From the IMG/VR virus record IMGVR_UViG_2711768086_000002: a stretch of DNA of 64,000 nucleotides. One strand, given 5' to 3'. The notes under the pieces were generated by a model. It worked only from the letters and a program-made list of their open reading frames with translations, did not search any database and was not told the origin of the DNA. This DNA is from an uncultured virus (IMG/VR IMGVR_UViG_2711768086_000002) (lineage: Duplodnaviria; Heunggongvirae; Uroviricota; Caudoviricetes). The translations under genes and the position numbers were made by a program. Of the stretch, positions 56,240-64,000 are shown piece after piece. Position 1 is the stretch's first letter. Every line of letters begins with the position of its first letter.

Positions 56240-57190
56240 CTACTTTTTCTCCAGGCTCCGATGCAGTGGTGCGCCGAATCCGAACCCGTCGAGCGGCTCG
56301 GTGCCGAGCTCGTCGGCGTTGCTGTCGAGGATGAACAGGCTGTCCTGCGCGGGCTTCGCCGAGCGTCCGAAGTCGGCGCCCGTCATCTGCGACCAGAGCC
56401 GTCCCGCACTGGCGTGCGGGGGCGGGGCCGCCGGCTGTCCGATGACCGGGAGGACCACGACCACCGTGTGCCACTTGGCGCCGACCGCGCGGAAGGTGTC
56501 GGCGGGGAGGGGCTCGATCGAGCCGCCGGACTCGTCGACGTGCTCGCGGAACTGGACGGCCGCGCGGTCGCTCCAGAAGGTGATCCCCTCGGACATGATG
56601 GCGACCAGCTTGCCGCCGGGCCTGACGAAGCCCTCGGCGTGGAGCACGTGGCGCAGGTCCTGGCGCTTGGCGAAGGGCGGGTTCATGACCACCGCGTCGT
56701 AGGCGGGGCGGCGGGGCCGCTTCAGGAAGTCCCCGGTGATCACCTCCCGGGCGTACCCGGCCTTTCGGATGAAGTCGGCGCTGGCGGGGTGGAGTTCCAC
56801 GCAGTCCACGACGGCTCCTGCGGCTGCCATCTCGTAGGCGATGGCACCGTGGCCGGCGGACGGCTCAAGCGCCTGCTGACCATCACTCAGGCTGGCAAGC
56901 TCGACGAGCAGTTCAGCAATGTGCTGCGGGGTGGGGAAGAACTGGCGCTCGACCGTGACCTCGTGCGCGGTCTGCACTTGGTCGGCGGCCAGGAGGGCGG
57001 CGAGAGCTGGGGCGGCGCCGCCGGGGAGCACATGGGCCTGACGCCCTCGCTTCCACTGTCCGCCTACGGCGGCGAGCAGTGCATCGAGGCGCTTGTAGAG
57101 CCTGTGGTCGAGATCGGTCGGCAGACGCAGCTCCTCTCCGTGGGCGACCGCCTGCTCCAGGACGGTCCTGATCTCTTCGTCGATCTTCAC
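56240..57190 (-). CDS. N6-adenine DNA methyltransferase
   Basis: QFFPTP, LEPSAG.G, DFL, MNPPF. Confidence 0.9.
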   Translation of the reverse strand: MKIDEEIRTVLEQAVAHGEELRLPTDLDHRLYKRLDALLAAVGGQWKRGRQAHVLPGGAAPALAALLAADQVQTAHEVTVERQFFPTPQHIAELLVELASLSDGQQALEPSAGHGAIAYEMAAAGAVVDCVELHPASADFIRKAGYAREVITGDFLKRPRRPAYDAVVMNPPFAKRQDLRHVLHAEGFVRPGGKLVAIMSEGITFWSDRAAVQFREHVDESGGSIEPLPADTFRAVGAKWHTVVVVLPVIGQPAAPPPHASAGRLWSQMTGADFGRSAKPAQDSLFILDSNADELGTEPLDGFGFGAPLHRSLEKK

Positions 57191-57210
57191 TGCTTGCTCC
57201 TCCGGGGCGG

Positions 57211-57240
57211 GAAGGGGCGGCCCGGCCGGGCCGCCCCTTC
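57211..57240. terminator. Perfect 30-bp intergenic palindrome
   Basis: GAAGGGGCGGCCCGGCCGGGCCGCCCCTTC. Confidence 0.55.
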
Positions 57241-57252
57241 GGTGGGTGTGGG

Positions 57253-58515
57253 TCAGGCGGTCTGGCCGTCGGTGGTCGCGGCCACGGGGCCGGCCTCGTG
57301 GCCAGCGGGCTGGTCCTCGGCCGAGGTCGGGGCGGGTGCGTCCTCGGCCTGGCCGTTGCCGGGCCCGGCCGGGGCCTCCGACTCCTCGGCCACCGGGGCG
57401 TCGCCGCCGACGGTCTGGGCGTCGTCCTCGCCCTTCGGGGATCCGGTCAGGTTCGGCGCGACCGCGTCGGGGTTGACTGCGATGGTGTGGGCCTCGGCGG
57501 CGGCCTTGGCCTGCCGGAGCTGGAACATGGCCTTCGAGACGGACTTGGCGACGCGGTCCAGCTGCGCCATGCGCGAGCCGATCTCGCCCTCCAGCGCGAT
57601 GACGAGGTCAGGCAGCGACATGTTGCCGATCTCGTCCAGCTTCGTGATCATTCGCTCGATCTGGTCGAGCTGGGTCCGGGTTGCCTTCTTGTGGGCCGTG
57701 CGCTCGGCGCGCTGCTCCTCCGTCAGGTCCTCCAAGGCGAGGATGAAGGGCTGGTCCTGCTGCTGCTTCACCTGGAAGGTGAAGTGGACCAACTCGTTCT
57801 CGCTCGCGAACTCCCCGCGCGCCCACTTCGCCAGAACGGCCTGCTGGTTGGCCGGGGTGAGCTGGGAGATCTGCACTGCGGCCTGGGTGCCGATGGCGCC
57901 CTTGCTGACCTGCTCGGCGACCTGGGGAATCAGGTCCAGCAGCTTGAGCCGCAGGTTGACGAACTGGGTCGTCTTTCCGAAGTCGGCGGCCACGGTCTCC
58001 TTCGTCGCGCCCTCCTCCTCGTCCAGGATCTTCTGGAACGCGCGGGCCTCCTCCAGGGGCGTCATGTCCTCGCGGTTCAAGTTCTCGGCGACGGCGTCCT
58101 TGAAGCTGCGCAGGGTGTACGGGCCGTCGACGATCACCGCGTCGATGGTCTCCGCCTCGTTCATGTGGGCGGCTCGCCAGCGGCGCTCGCCCATGATGAT
58201 CTCGTAGCCGCCGAGGCTGTCGTCCTGGCGGACGATGATCGGCTGGAGCTGGCCGCGCTCGGCCATGGAGGCTGCCAGCTCCATCAGGGCTGCGGTGTCG
58301 AAGTACTCGCGGGGCTGGCCCTCGTTGCGGTGGACGTCGGCGAGCTTGAGTGCGACGACCGCCTTGCCTGCGGCGGCGGCCTCGACGGCGGTCGCCTCGA
58401 CCTCGACGGCCGCAGGGGCGGTCGGGACCGGCACTCGGGTCGCGACGGTGGGCTTGCGCGTCGCGGTGGTCTTGCGGGTGGTGCTGGTCTTGCGGGCCTC
58501 GGTCTTGACGGTCAT
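57253..58515 (-). CDS. ParB/Spo0J-family protein
   Basis: QPR..F...L.ELA.S....G.LQPI.V, GERRWRA, ENL.RED..P.EEA, HTH. Confidence 0.92.
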   Translation of the reverse strand: MTVKTEARKTSTTRKTTATRKPTVATRVPVPTAPAAVEVEATAVEAAAAGKAVVALKLADVHRNEGQPREYFDTAALMELAASMAERGQLQPIIVRQDDSLGGYEIIMGERRWRAAHMNEAETIDAVIVDGPYTLRSFKDAVAENLNREDMTPLEEARAFQKILDEEEGATKETVAADFGKTTQFVNLRLKLLDLIPQVAEQVSKGAIGTQAAVQISQLTPANQQAVLAKWARGEFASENELVHFTFQVKQQQDQPFILALEDLTEEQRAERTAHKKATRTQLDQIERMITKLDEIGNMSLPDLVIALEGEIGSRMAQLDRVAKSVSKAMFQLRQAKAAAEAHTIAVNPDAVAPNLTGSPKGEDDAQTVGGDAPVAEESEAPAGPGNGQAEDAPAPTSAEDQPAGHEAGPVAATTDGQTA

Positions 58516-58560
58516 TTCGGACTCCACTCCAAGAGGTTTCCGGGGACTTCCCCCCGTCCT

Positions 58561-58582
58561 TATGACTTAATTCTATACGCAT
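58561..58582 (-). promoter_or_regulatory. Conserved phage promoter/operator motif, copy 5
   Basis: ATGCGTATAGAATTAAGTCATA; TTGCCC-17nt-TAGAAT. Confidence 0.75.
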
Positions 58583-59063
58583 AAGGGCGGTGGGGCAAGC
58601 CGGAATTTTGGAGTTTTCGCAGGTCAGATGGCCAGCGGGGTGCCCTGACAGCCAGTCAGCAGGCCGCGGCAGGGGCGCTGGCCGGGGCGACTGCGACCTC
58701 GATGGCGTCCTGCGCGACGACGGCGATGTGGCACAGGGCGCGAGCTGCTTCGTCCGCAGCAATCGCCTGACGTCCAGCCCTTTCGGCTTCCTGAAGGCGT
58801 GCCAACACCCTGGCGCGGTCGATCATCAGGACTTCCCCCTCGCGGCCACCGAGGACCGCGGATCGCCTACAGAGGATGCGCGCGCGACACAACGGCCGAT
58901 CCACCAGCCTCGGCAAGGCACCCCCGAGCCGCCCATGATCGGCGACCTTCCGGTAGCTTGCATGGTGGTCTTGCAGGTTGTCAATGATCATTAACTTTCA
59001 AGGGATAGGGACGTCCGTGAAGCTCCAAGCCATGACAAGACGTTCGGGGCGCAGGTTCCGCTG

Positions 59064-59600
59064 ATGCCCGCGGAACAGGCCCAGCCGGCCACCCCGCGCA
59101 CCCTGGCGGCGAAGCTCGACCTCCTGCTTCGACGCCTCGCCATGCGGACCGGCCACACACCATCCGTGCGTGAGCTCGCAGCCCGGACGGCGCCCCCGGA
59201 CGGCGGCGGACCAGCAATCTCCCACCCGGTCATCAACGACCTACTCAACGGTACGAAAACGAATCCCCCCTGTACTACGATCCAAGCGGTCGCTCAGGCG
59301 TTCGAGGCGCCCTCTGCGTACCTGCTGCCCGGGTGGAACGACCTGACGTCTCTCACCGTCTACCAGCAGGAGCAGCGCGCTCGCGAGGCGCTGCGGCTGG
59401 TCGCGGATCTCGACTCGGAGGCGCTGGACGAGCTGCTGGCGTCGGCACGAGAGATCCGGGAACGGCGCATGCCGGGCTCCCCGATGGTGCCTGAAGTGCC
59501 AGACGTGCCACCGCTTCCGCCGGAGCCCGCCAGGCCCGGCCGGCGCAGAGGAGGTCGGCGCAGCGATGCCGACATGGCGGCTCGGGCCGCCGACAACTGA
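59064..59600 (+). CDS. XRE-like DNA-binding regulator
   Basis: LAAKLD.L...S.RELA...IS...I..L..G...NP....I.A.A..F. Confidence 0.75.
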   Translation: MPAEQAQPATPRTLAAKLDLLLRRLAMRTGHTPSVRELAARTAPPDGGGPAISHPVINDLLNGTKTNPPCTTIQAVAQAFEAPSAYLLPGWNDLTSLTVYQQEQRAREALRLVADLDSEALDELLASAREIRERRMPGSPMVPEVPDVPPLPPEPARPGRRRGGRRSDADMAARAADN

Positions 59601-59605
59601 GGAGG

Positions 59606-60409
59606 ATGGACAACAGCATGGTGGACGCCCTGATCTTCGGGCTCTGCACGCTTGTCGGAGTCGGGGGAACCGCAGCAAACGCGCGGATCGCCTGGCAGCG
59701 CCGACATGAGGAGGACTACGGCATCTCGCGGTGGGCACGGACCGCCGCGTTCGCTGTGGTTACCTTCGGCGTGGCACTGGCGATACCGGCCCTCGCACAC
59801 GCCGTAGAGACGCTGACCGGTGTCCACAACATTGCCAAGCTCGGTGCCCACCTCTGCGCCGTCGCCTGGTGTTGCAGCCTTCAGATCATGCTCGTCGACT
59901 GGGCGTACGAGCAGTGGGCGGTACCCACCCATGCCGGATACCGGGTGTTCCTCGGCTTCGGAGTCACCGCCGCGCTGATCCCTCTGTTCATCGCCGCCTC
60001 GGACGACGCGCCCACCATCCAGTACACGACCCGTTTCGCTGGCAATCACACGGTGCACGCCTACCTGCTCGTGTACCTGACGTACGTCGCCGTGACCTGT
60101 GCCGAACTGGTCTTCCTGTGCTTGAAGGCAGGCGCGATCAACCGGAAGGCGGGCCGCGGCCGGCAAGCCGTTGGCCTGAACGTCGCAGCGGTCGCGGCTC
60201 TCTTCGGCATGGCCTACGCGGCCAGCAAGGGCAGCTACCTGATCACGTACGCGATGGGCAGCCCCTGGCCGCTGGAGCTGGAGGAGAAGATCTCGCCCAC
60301 CCTTTCGGGGATATCGATCATCCTGCTGATCGTCGGCCTGTCGATCTCCGCTACCGCGTTGCGCCACCGCTCGCCGGACCGGCGCACGGCGTTCGATCCC
60401 TCGGCGTAG
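59606..60409 (+). CDS. Multi-pass membrane protein (MAB_1171c-like)
   Basis: About 7 hydrophobic segments, N.AKL..H and Y.LVYL.Y motifs; GGAGG RBS. Confidence 0.75.
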   Translation: MDNSMVDALIFGLCTLVGVGGTAANARIAWQRRHEEDYGISRWARTAAFAVVTFGVALAIPALAHAVETLTGVHNIAKLGAHLCAVAWCCSLQIMLVDWAYEQWAVPTHAGYRVFLGFGVTAALIPLFIAASDDAPTIQYTTRFAGNHTVHAYLLVYLTYVAVTCAELVFLCLKAGAINRKAGRGRQAVGLNVAAVAALFGMAYAASKGSYLITYAMGSPWPLELEEKISPTLSGISIILLIVGLSISATALRHRSPDRRTAFDPSA

Positions 60410-60423
60410 CTGCCCGGCGCCGT

Positions 60424-61161
60424 TCACACTCCGCGTGTTCGTGAACGGCGCTGGTAGCTGTGGAGCGCCGCTTGGAAGTCCAACCGGGTCAGGTCCGGCC
60501 ACAGGGCCGGGGAGAAGTACAGCTCACTCTGGAAGCCCTGCCAGGGGAGGAATCCGCTCAGGCGCTGCTCACCCGAAGTGCGAATCACCAGGTCCGGATC
60601 CGGCTGTCCGCTGGTGTACAGGTGTCTCGCTATATCCCTGTCGTCGAGCGCGTCAGCGATCTGGTCGCCGCTGTAGCCCCGCGCGGCCAGCTCTGCGACG
60701 GTGCGCCGGAATGCGCCGACCAGCTCCTCTCGGCCCCCGTACGCAACCGCCAAGTTCACCTGCATCGCCGTGGCGGAAGGCGCGTCGGTGGCAGCCACCC
60801 TTCTCATGACGCTGGCCGTCTGCTCGGGCAGCAGGTCGAAGTCCCCTATGGGGCGGACGTCCCAGCGGTTAGCTGCACGCAGGTCGGTCACGAGGTTCTC
60901 GATGATGCCGATGAGCGGCGCAAGTTCGGCGGCTGGTCGTTGAAGGTTCGCCACCGACAACAGCCAGAAGGTCACGACCTGAACGCCGCTGTCCTCACAC
61001 CACTCCAGTACCTCGGCGACCTTGGCGGCCCCTGCCTGGTGCCCTTCAACGGTCGAAAGCCCTCGGGCCTTGGCCCAGCGGCGACTTCCGTCGACGATCA
61101 CGCCGAGGTGTCTCAGCTGGGTTCTGGCGTCCGGCGCGGCGGCGCTCAGCAGGCCGTCGAT
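60424..61161 (-). CDS. cis-prenyltransferase (UppS / Z-isoprenyl diphosphate synthase family); start uncertain
   Basis: HLGVIVDGSRRWA, LS..NL.R, YGGREE, DPDLVIRTSGEQRLSGFL.WQ. Confidence 0.88.
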   Translation of the reverse strand: MDGLLSAAAPDARTQLRHLGVIVDGSRRWAKARGLSTVEGHQAGAAKVAEVLEWCEDSGVQVVTFWLLSVANLQRPAAELAPLIGIIENLVTDLRAANRWDVRPIGDFDLLPEQTASVMRRVAATDAPSATAMQVNLAVAYGGREELVGAFRRTVAELAARGYSGDQIADALDDRDIARHLYTSGQPDPDLVIRTSGEQRLSGFLPWQGFQSELYFSPALWPDLTRLDFQAALHSYQRRSRTRGV

Positions 61162-62087
61162 GACTGCTTCCCCTTGCTCCGCCAGTGGAGAACCACGCGG
61201 CCCGGCTCGACGGTCCGGATGCCCTTGGCGGACGCGGGGAAGACCTCGATCTTGGTCAGCAGCAGAGACGTGATGCCGCGCTTGGACTTGCCAGGGGCGT
61301 CCTCCCACCAGGAGATCGCCTTGTCCACGTCGTCGATCCTCGGCGCCGCGATGGCCTGTTCGAGGAATCGCACACGGGCTTGGAGCTTCTTCGTCTCGGC
61401 CTTGGTCTGCCGCTCGACCTCGTGGAGGGTCGCCCGGCTGACCTTTTTGTCAAGGTAGTCGCTCGCGAGTTGCCCGGCCGCCGCCTTCAGCTCCTTGATA
61501 CGGGCCTTGGCAGCGTCGGCTTCGACAGCCAGCTCCTGCCGGGCGGCCTCCAGAGCTGCCTGGGTACCAGGGAGCAGAAGTTCGGCGAGCACGTACTCAC
61601 CGACGTGGCTCTCCAGTAGCTCCGCATCGATCCGGACCTTGCCGCACGTGGAGCGGTACCCCGGGGCATCGGAGTTGGAGCGAGCCGCCGTCAGCGGGTC
61701 CTGGTCGAGGCCGCAAACGCCCAGGCCGCCAGTGAAGGCGTAGTCGTAGGCGTCCTGCTTGGGTGCCGACGCCTCCTTCTCATCGAGTGCCCTGAGCGCA
61801 AGGAACTCCTCGGGCGTGATGATCGCAGGCTTGCCGGTCTCCGTCAGCTCACCGTCGGGGCCCTCTTCCAGTCCCGCGATGGCAGGAGTGCGCAGGAGCC
61901 GGCCCACCGTCATGGACACCCACTCGGCGCCGCGCGTCCCTCGGTAGCCCTGGGCGTTCATCCACTTGGCGATGTCGGCCTTGTTCGTGCCAGCGATGCG
62001 GCGGGAGACGGCCTGGCGGACAGGCGGAATCTCGGACTCGCGCAGTCGCGTGCCGTCGTTGTCGTCGAAGCCGTACTGCCTCGGCAT
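61146..62087 (-). CDS. Large serine recombinase C-terminal DNA-binding part only (no catalytic domain)
   Basis: Starts at YGF; W...TV..LL..P..AG, PAII..EEF, degenerate Zn ribbon, coiled coil. Confidence 0.75.
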   Translation of the reverse strand: MPRQYGFDDNDGTRLRESEIPPVRQAVSRRIAGTNKADIAKWMNAQGYRGTRGAEWVSMTVGRLLRTPAIAGLEEGPDGELTETGKPAIITPEEFLALRALDEKEASAPKQDAYDYAFTGGLGVCGLDQDPLTAARSNSDAPGYRSTCGKVRIDAELLESHVGEYVLAELLLPGTQAALEAARQELAVEADAAKARIKELKAAAGQLASDYLDKKVSRATLHEVERQTKAETKKLQARVRFLEQAIAAPRIDDVDKAISWWEDAPGKSKRGITSLLLTKIEVFPASAKGIRTVEPGRVVLHWRSKGKQSSTAC

Positions 62088-62182
62088 GCCGCCCTACCTA
62101 CCTGTTGGATCTGTGCCCCGATCCCCCTGTGGCGACAACTTCGCGTTAAGTTGCCGCCACTTCAGGATCAGTCCGGTCTTGC

Positions 62183-62428
62183 CTACCGGAGCACCGTTGG
62201 CAGCCCCAGAGCTTCCCGGAGGGACGCGGTGGGGACCTTCACTGTCGCGCCCAGCCTCAGCGTCTTCGCCGGAAACTGGCCCGCGCGGATCAGATCCATC
62301 GCCTTGTTGCGACCGATGCCGAACGCCCGAGCAGCCGTCTCCACGTTGACGATGGCTGGCAGTTCAAGCAGCTCACGAAGAGTCATCGCCTTCGACTCGA
62401 CCGAGCTTGCCGGTGTTGCAGTTGTCAT
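62183..62428 (-). CDS. Excisionase-like HTH protein
   Basis: LP..V.V..AARAFGIGR...Y/M.L...G.FP; divergent from the integrase. Confidence 0.8.
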   Translation of the reverse strand: MTTATPASSVESKAMTLRELLELPAIVNVETAARAFGIGRNKAMDLIRAGQFPAKTLRLGATVKVPTASLREALGLPTVLR

Positions 62429-62596
62429 CAGCTGCCGCGTTTCTCCCCCGCGCACAACTGCTCCGCAGCATACGGCACCACCACCCAAGTAAGGCAAGAT
62501 AAGACGATCTAGAGCCAGCAAGTGCACATGATCCGTTCACAAATACTGACTCTCAGCAACCGAATGACGCCAGGGGGGCGCATGAGCGTTGAGCAG

Positions 62597-64000
62597 ATGT
62601 TCAAGGACATGACCTACAAGCGGTGCGCGTGCACCACGGCAGTCCTCGACGAGGAGGGGAACCCGGTAGTCGACGACGAGACCGGCGAGCCCAAGCTGCG
62701 CTACCTGGAGAAGACCTGCCCGCAGCTGACCCGCCCGAACCACGGGTCCTGGTACTACAGCTTCGAGGTCGAGCCCGGGGCGGACGGCAAACGCCGGCCG
62801 CGCGCCAAGAAGGGCCGATACCGCACCCAGGAGAAGGCCGCGACGGACGCCAAAGAGGCATGGAACCTCGCCCAACGTGGCGTGAACGTGGTCTCCACCG
62901 AGACGGTTGAGACGTTTCTTCGCCGCTGGATCAAGGCGAAGAAGCTGGAGCTGGCGAAGACCACCGCTCACGAGTACGAGCGAGACATCGACCTCTACCT
63001 CGCCCCTCACTTGGGGGCGGTGCGCCTGAACAAGCTCCGCACTGATCACGTCCAGGAGATGATCAACTGGTTCGAGGAGGAGAACGAGCGGCGCACAAAG
63101 CACCGCGAGAAGGTCGAGCGGCTGAAGAGCGCGTGTGCCACGGCGAACGGCGCCTGGCGGGCTGCGCCGAAGGCGGAGAAGGCCGAGAAGCGGGCGCTCT
63201 GGACGGCCGCCCGCGTCGAGTACGAGGCTGAGCGCAAGCAGGTCCGCCGCGTCACGGGCCCGAACACGCTGCAGAGCCTCAAGGCGACGCTGCGCTCAGC
63301 GTTGTCAGACGCGCTGAAGCAGGAGCTGGTGGCGAAGAACTACGCCGCGCTCGCGACGTGGCCCAAGCCCGTACCGGTCAAGCCGAAGCTTTGGACGCCG
63401 CAGAACGTCGCCCGGTGGCGGCGGACAGGCCAGAAGCCGTACCCGGTCATGGTCTGGACGGTGGATCAGACTGCCGAGTTCCTGGACTCGATTCGTGACG
63501 ACCGACTGTTCTCCCTCTGGCATCTCATCATCTTCCGGGGCCTTCGCCGCGGGGAGGCCACTGCGCTCACCTGGGACGACATCGACCTCAAGCGCGGCAT
63601 CGTCCACGTCAGTCACCAGTTGGTGTCGATCAACTACGAGGTGCACGAAGACACCCCAAAGGCCGACTCCGAGGGCGACGTCAGGCTCGACCAGGAGACG
63701 GTGCGCCTCCTCAAGCTGTGGCGCAAGACACAGCGAGCTGAGCGAAAGGAGTGGGAGCAGCAAGGTGCTTGGGTCGACGCTGGCGGCCGCATCTTTACGC
63801 AGGAGAACGGCGAGGGCTACCACCCGCAGCAGCTCTCCGACCGGTGGGAACGGCTGGTTGATCTGTCCGGGCTTCCTCCCGTAAGGCTGCACGACGGCCG
63901 GCATGCAGCCGCCTCGATCGCCTTCGCGTCCGGCCAGGACCCGAAGGTCGTGCAGGCCATGCTTCGCCACGCCTCGCGGCGAACCACCATGGACATCTAT
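62597..64000 (+). CDS. Tyrosine integrase, truncated by the window end
   Basis: Hand translation MFKDMTYKRC...GLRRGE..AL.W.DIDL...LHDGRH...LRH....TTMDIY; not in the ORF track because it has no stop. Confidence 0.93.
   Translation, partial: MFKDMTYKRCACTTAVLDEEGNPVVDDETGEPKLRYLEKTCPQLTRPNHGSWYYSFEVEPGADGKRRPRAKKGRYRTQEKAATDAKEAWNLAQRGVNVVSTETVETFLRRWIKAKKLELAKTTAHEYERDIDLYLAPHLGAVRLNKLRTDHVQEMINWFEEENERRTKHREKVERLKSACATANGAWRAAPKAEKAEKRALWTAARVEYEAERKQVRRVTGPNTLQSLKATLRSALSDALKQELVAKNYAALATWPKPVPVKPKLWTPQNVARWRRTGQKPYPVMVWTVDQTAEFLDSIRDDRLFSLWHLIIFRGLRRGEATALTWDDIDLKRGIVHVSHQLVSINYEVHEDTPKADSEGDVRLDQETVRLLKLWRKTQRAERKEWEQQGAWVDAGGRIFTQENGEGYHPQQLSDRWERLVDLSGLPPVRLHDGRHAAASIAFASGQDPKVVQAMLRHASRRTTMDIY

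Larger units (their letters stand above)
1..64000. mobile_element. Prophage (siphovirus-like, actinobacterial host); both att ends probably outside the window
   Basis: Integrase, excisionase, terminase, portal, capsid, tail, tape measure, lysis and replication genes in phage-like order, mostly co-oriented on the minus strand. Confidence 0.95.

Noticed and set aside
16371..58207. Long plus-strand ORFs (e.g. 16371-18191, 46188-47891, 53056-54585, 56090-58207)
   Set aside because: Antisense shadows of real minus-strand genes, typical of high-GC DNA
58656..58991. Possible small minus-strand gene
   Set aside because: No recognisable motif and ambiguous start; not supportable
62430..62596. att site between xis and int
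   Set aside because: No tRNA fragment or duplicated core seen; att probably lies beyond the integrase, outside the window

Overview
High-GC actinobacterial (Streptomyces/Kitasatospora-like) DNA that is almost entirely one siphovirus-type prophage, transcribed mainly on the minus strand. From the right end: tyrosine integrase (runs off the window, absent from the ORF track), excisionase, a serine recombinase lacking its catalytic domain, cis-prenyltransferase, XRE/membrane pair, ParB and methyltransferase genes, terminase, an IS110-family recombinase cassette, portal/scaffold/capsid, tail, lysis, then recombination/replication genes. A ~13 kb island (about 28.7-42.1 kb) splits the virion morphogenesis genes. 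It carries the most unusual system in the window: a tightly coupled operon of queC-queD-queE, a ~110-nt structured non-coding element, a degenerate thumb-less group II-like reverse transcriptase (FADN instead of YADD), an FGE-sulfatase-domain protein, a DUF6884/YaaA-like protein, GT2, radical SAM, phosphoribosyltransferase, GT4, 5'-3' exonuclease, PIG-L deacetylase and folE, with no recognisable tgt/dpdA. Also notable: a bridge-RNA-like hairpin directly after the IS110 gene, three families of dispersed phage regulatory motifs, and lambda-like iterons inside the replication gene. All calls come from motif recognition by eye; no database searches were run. Several starts were adjusted from the ORF track.
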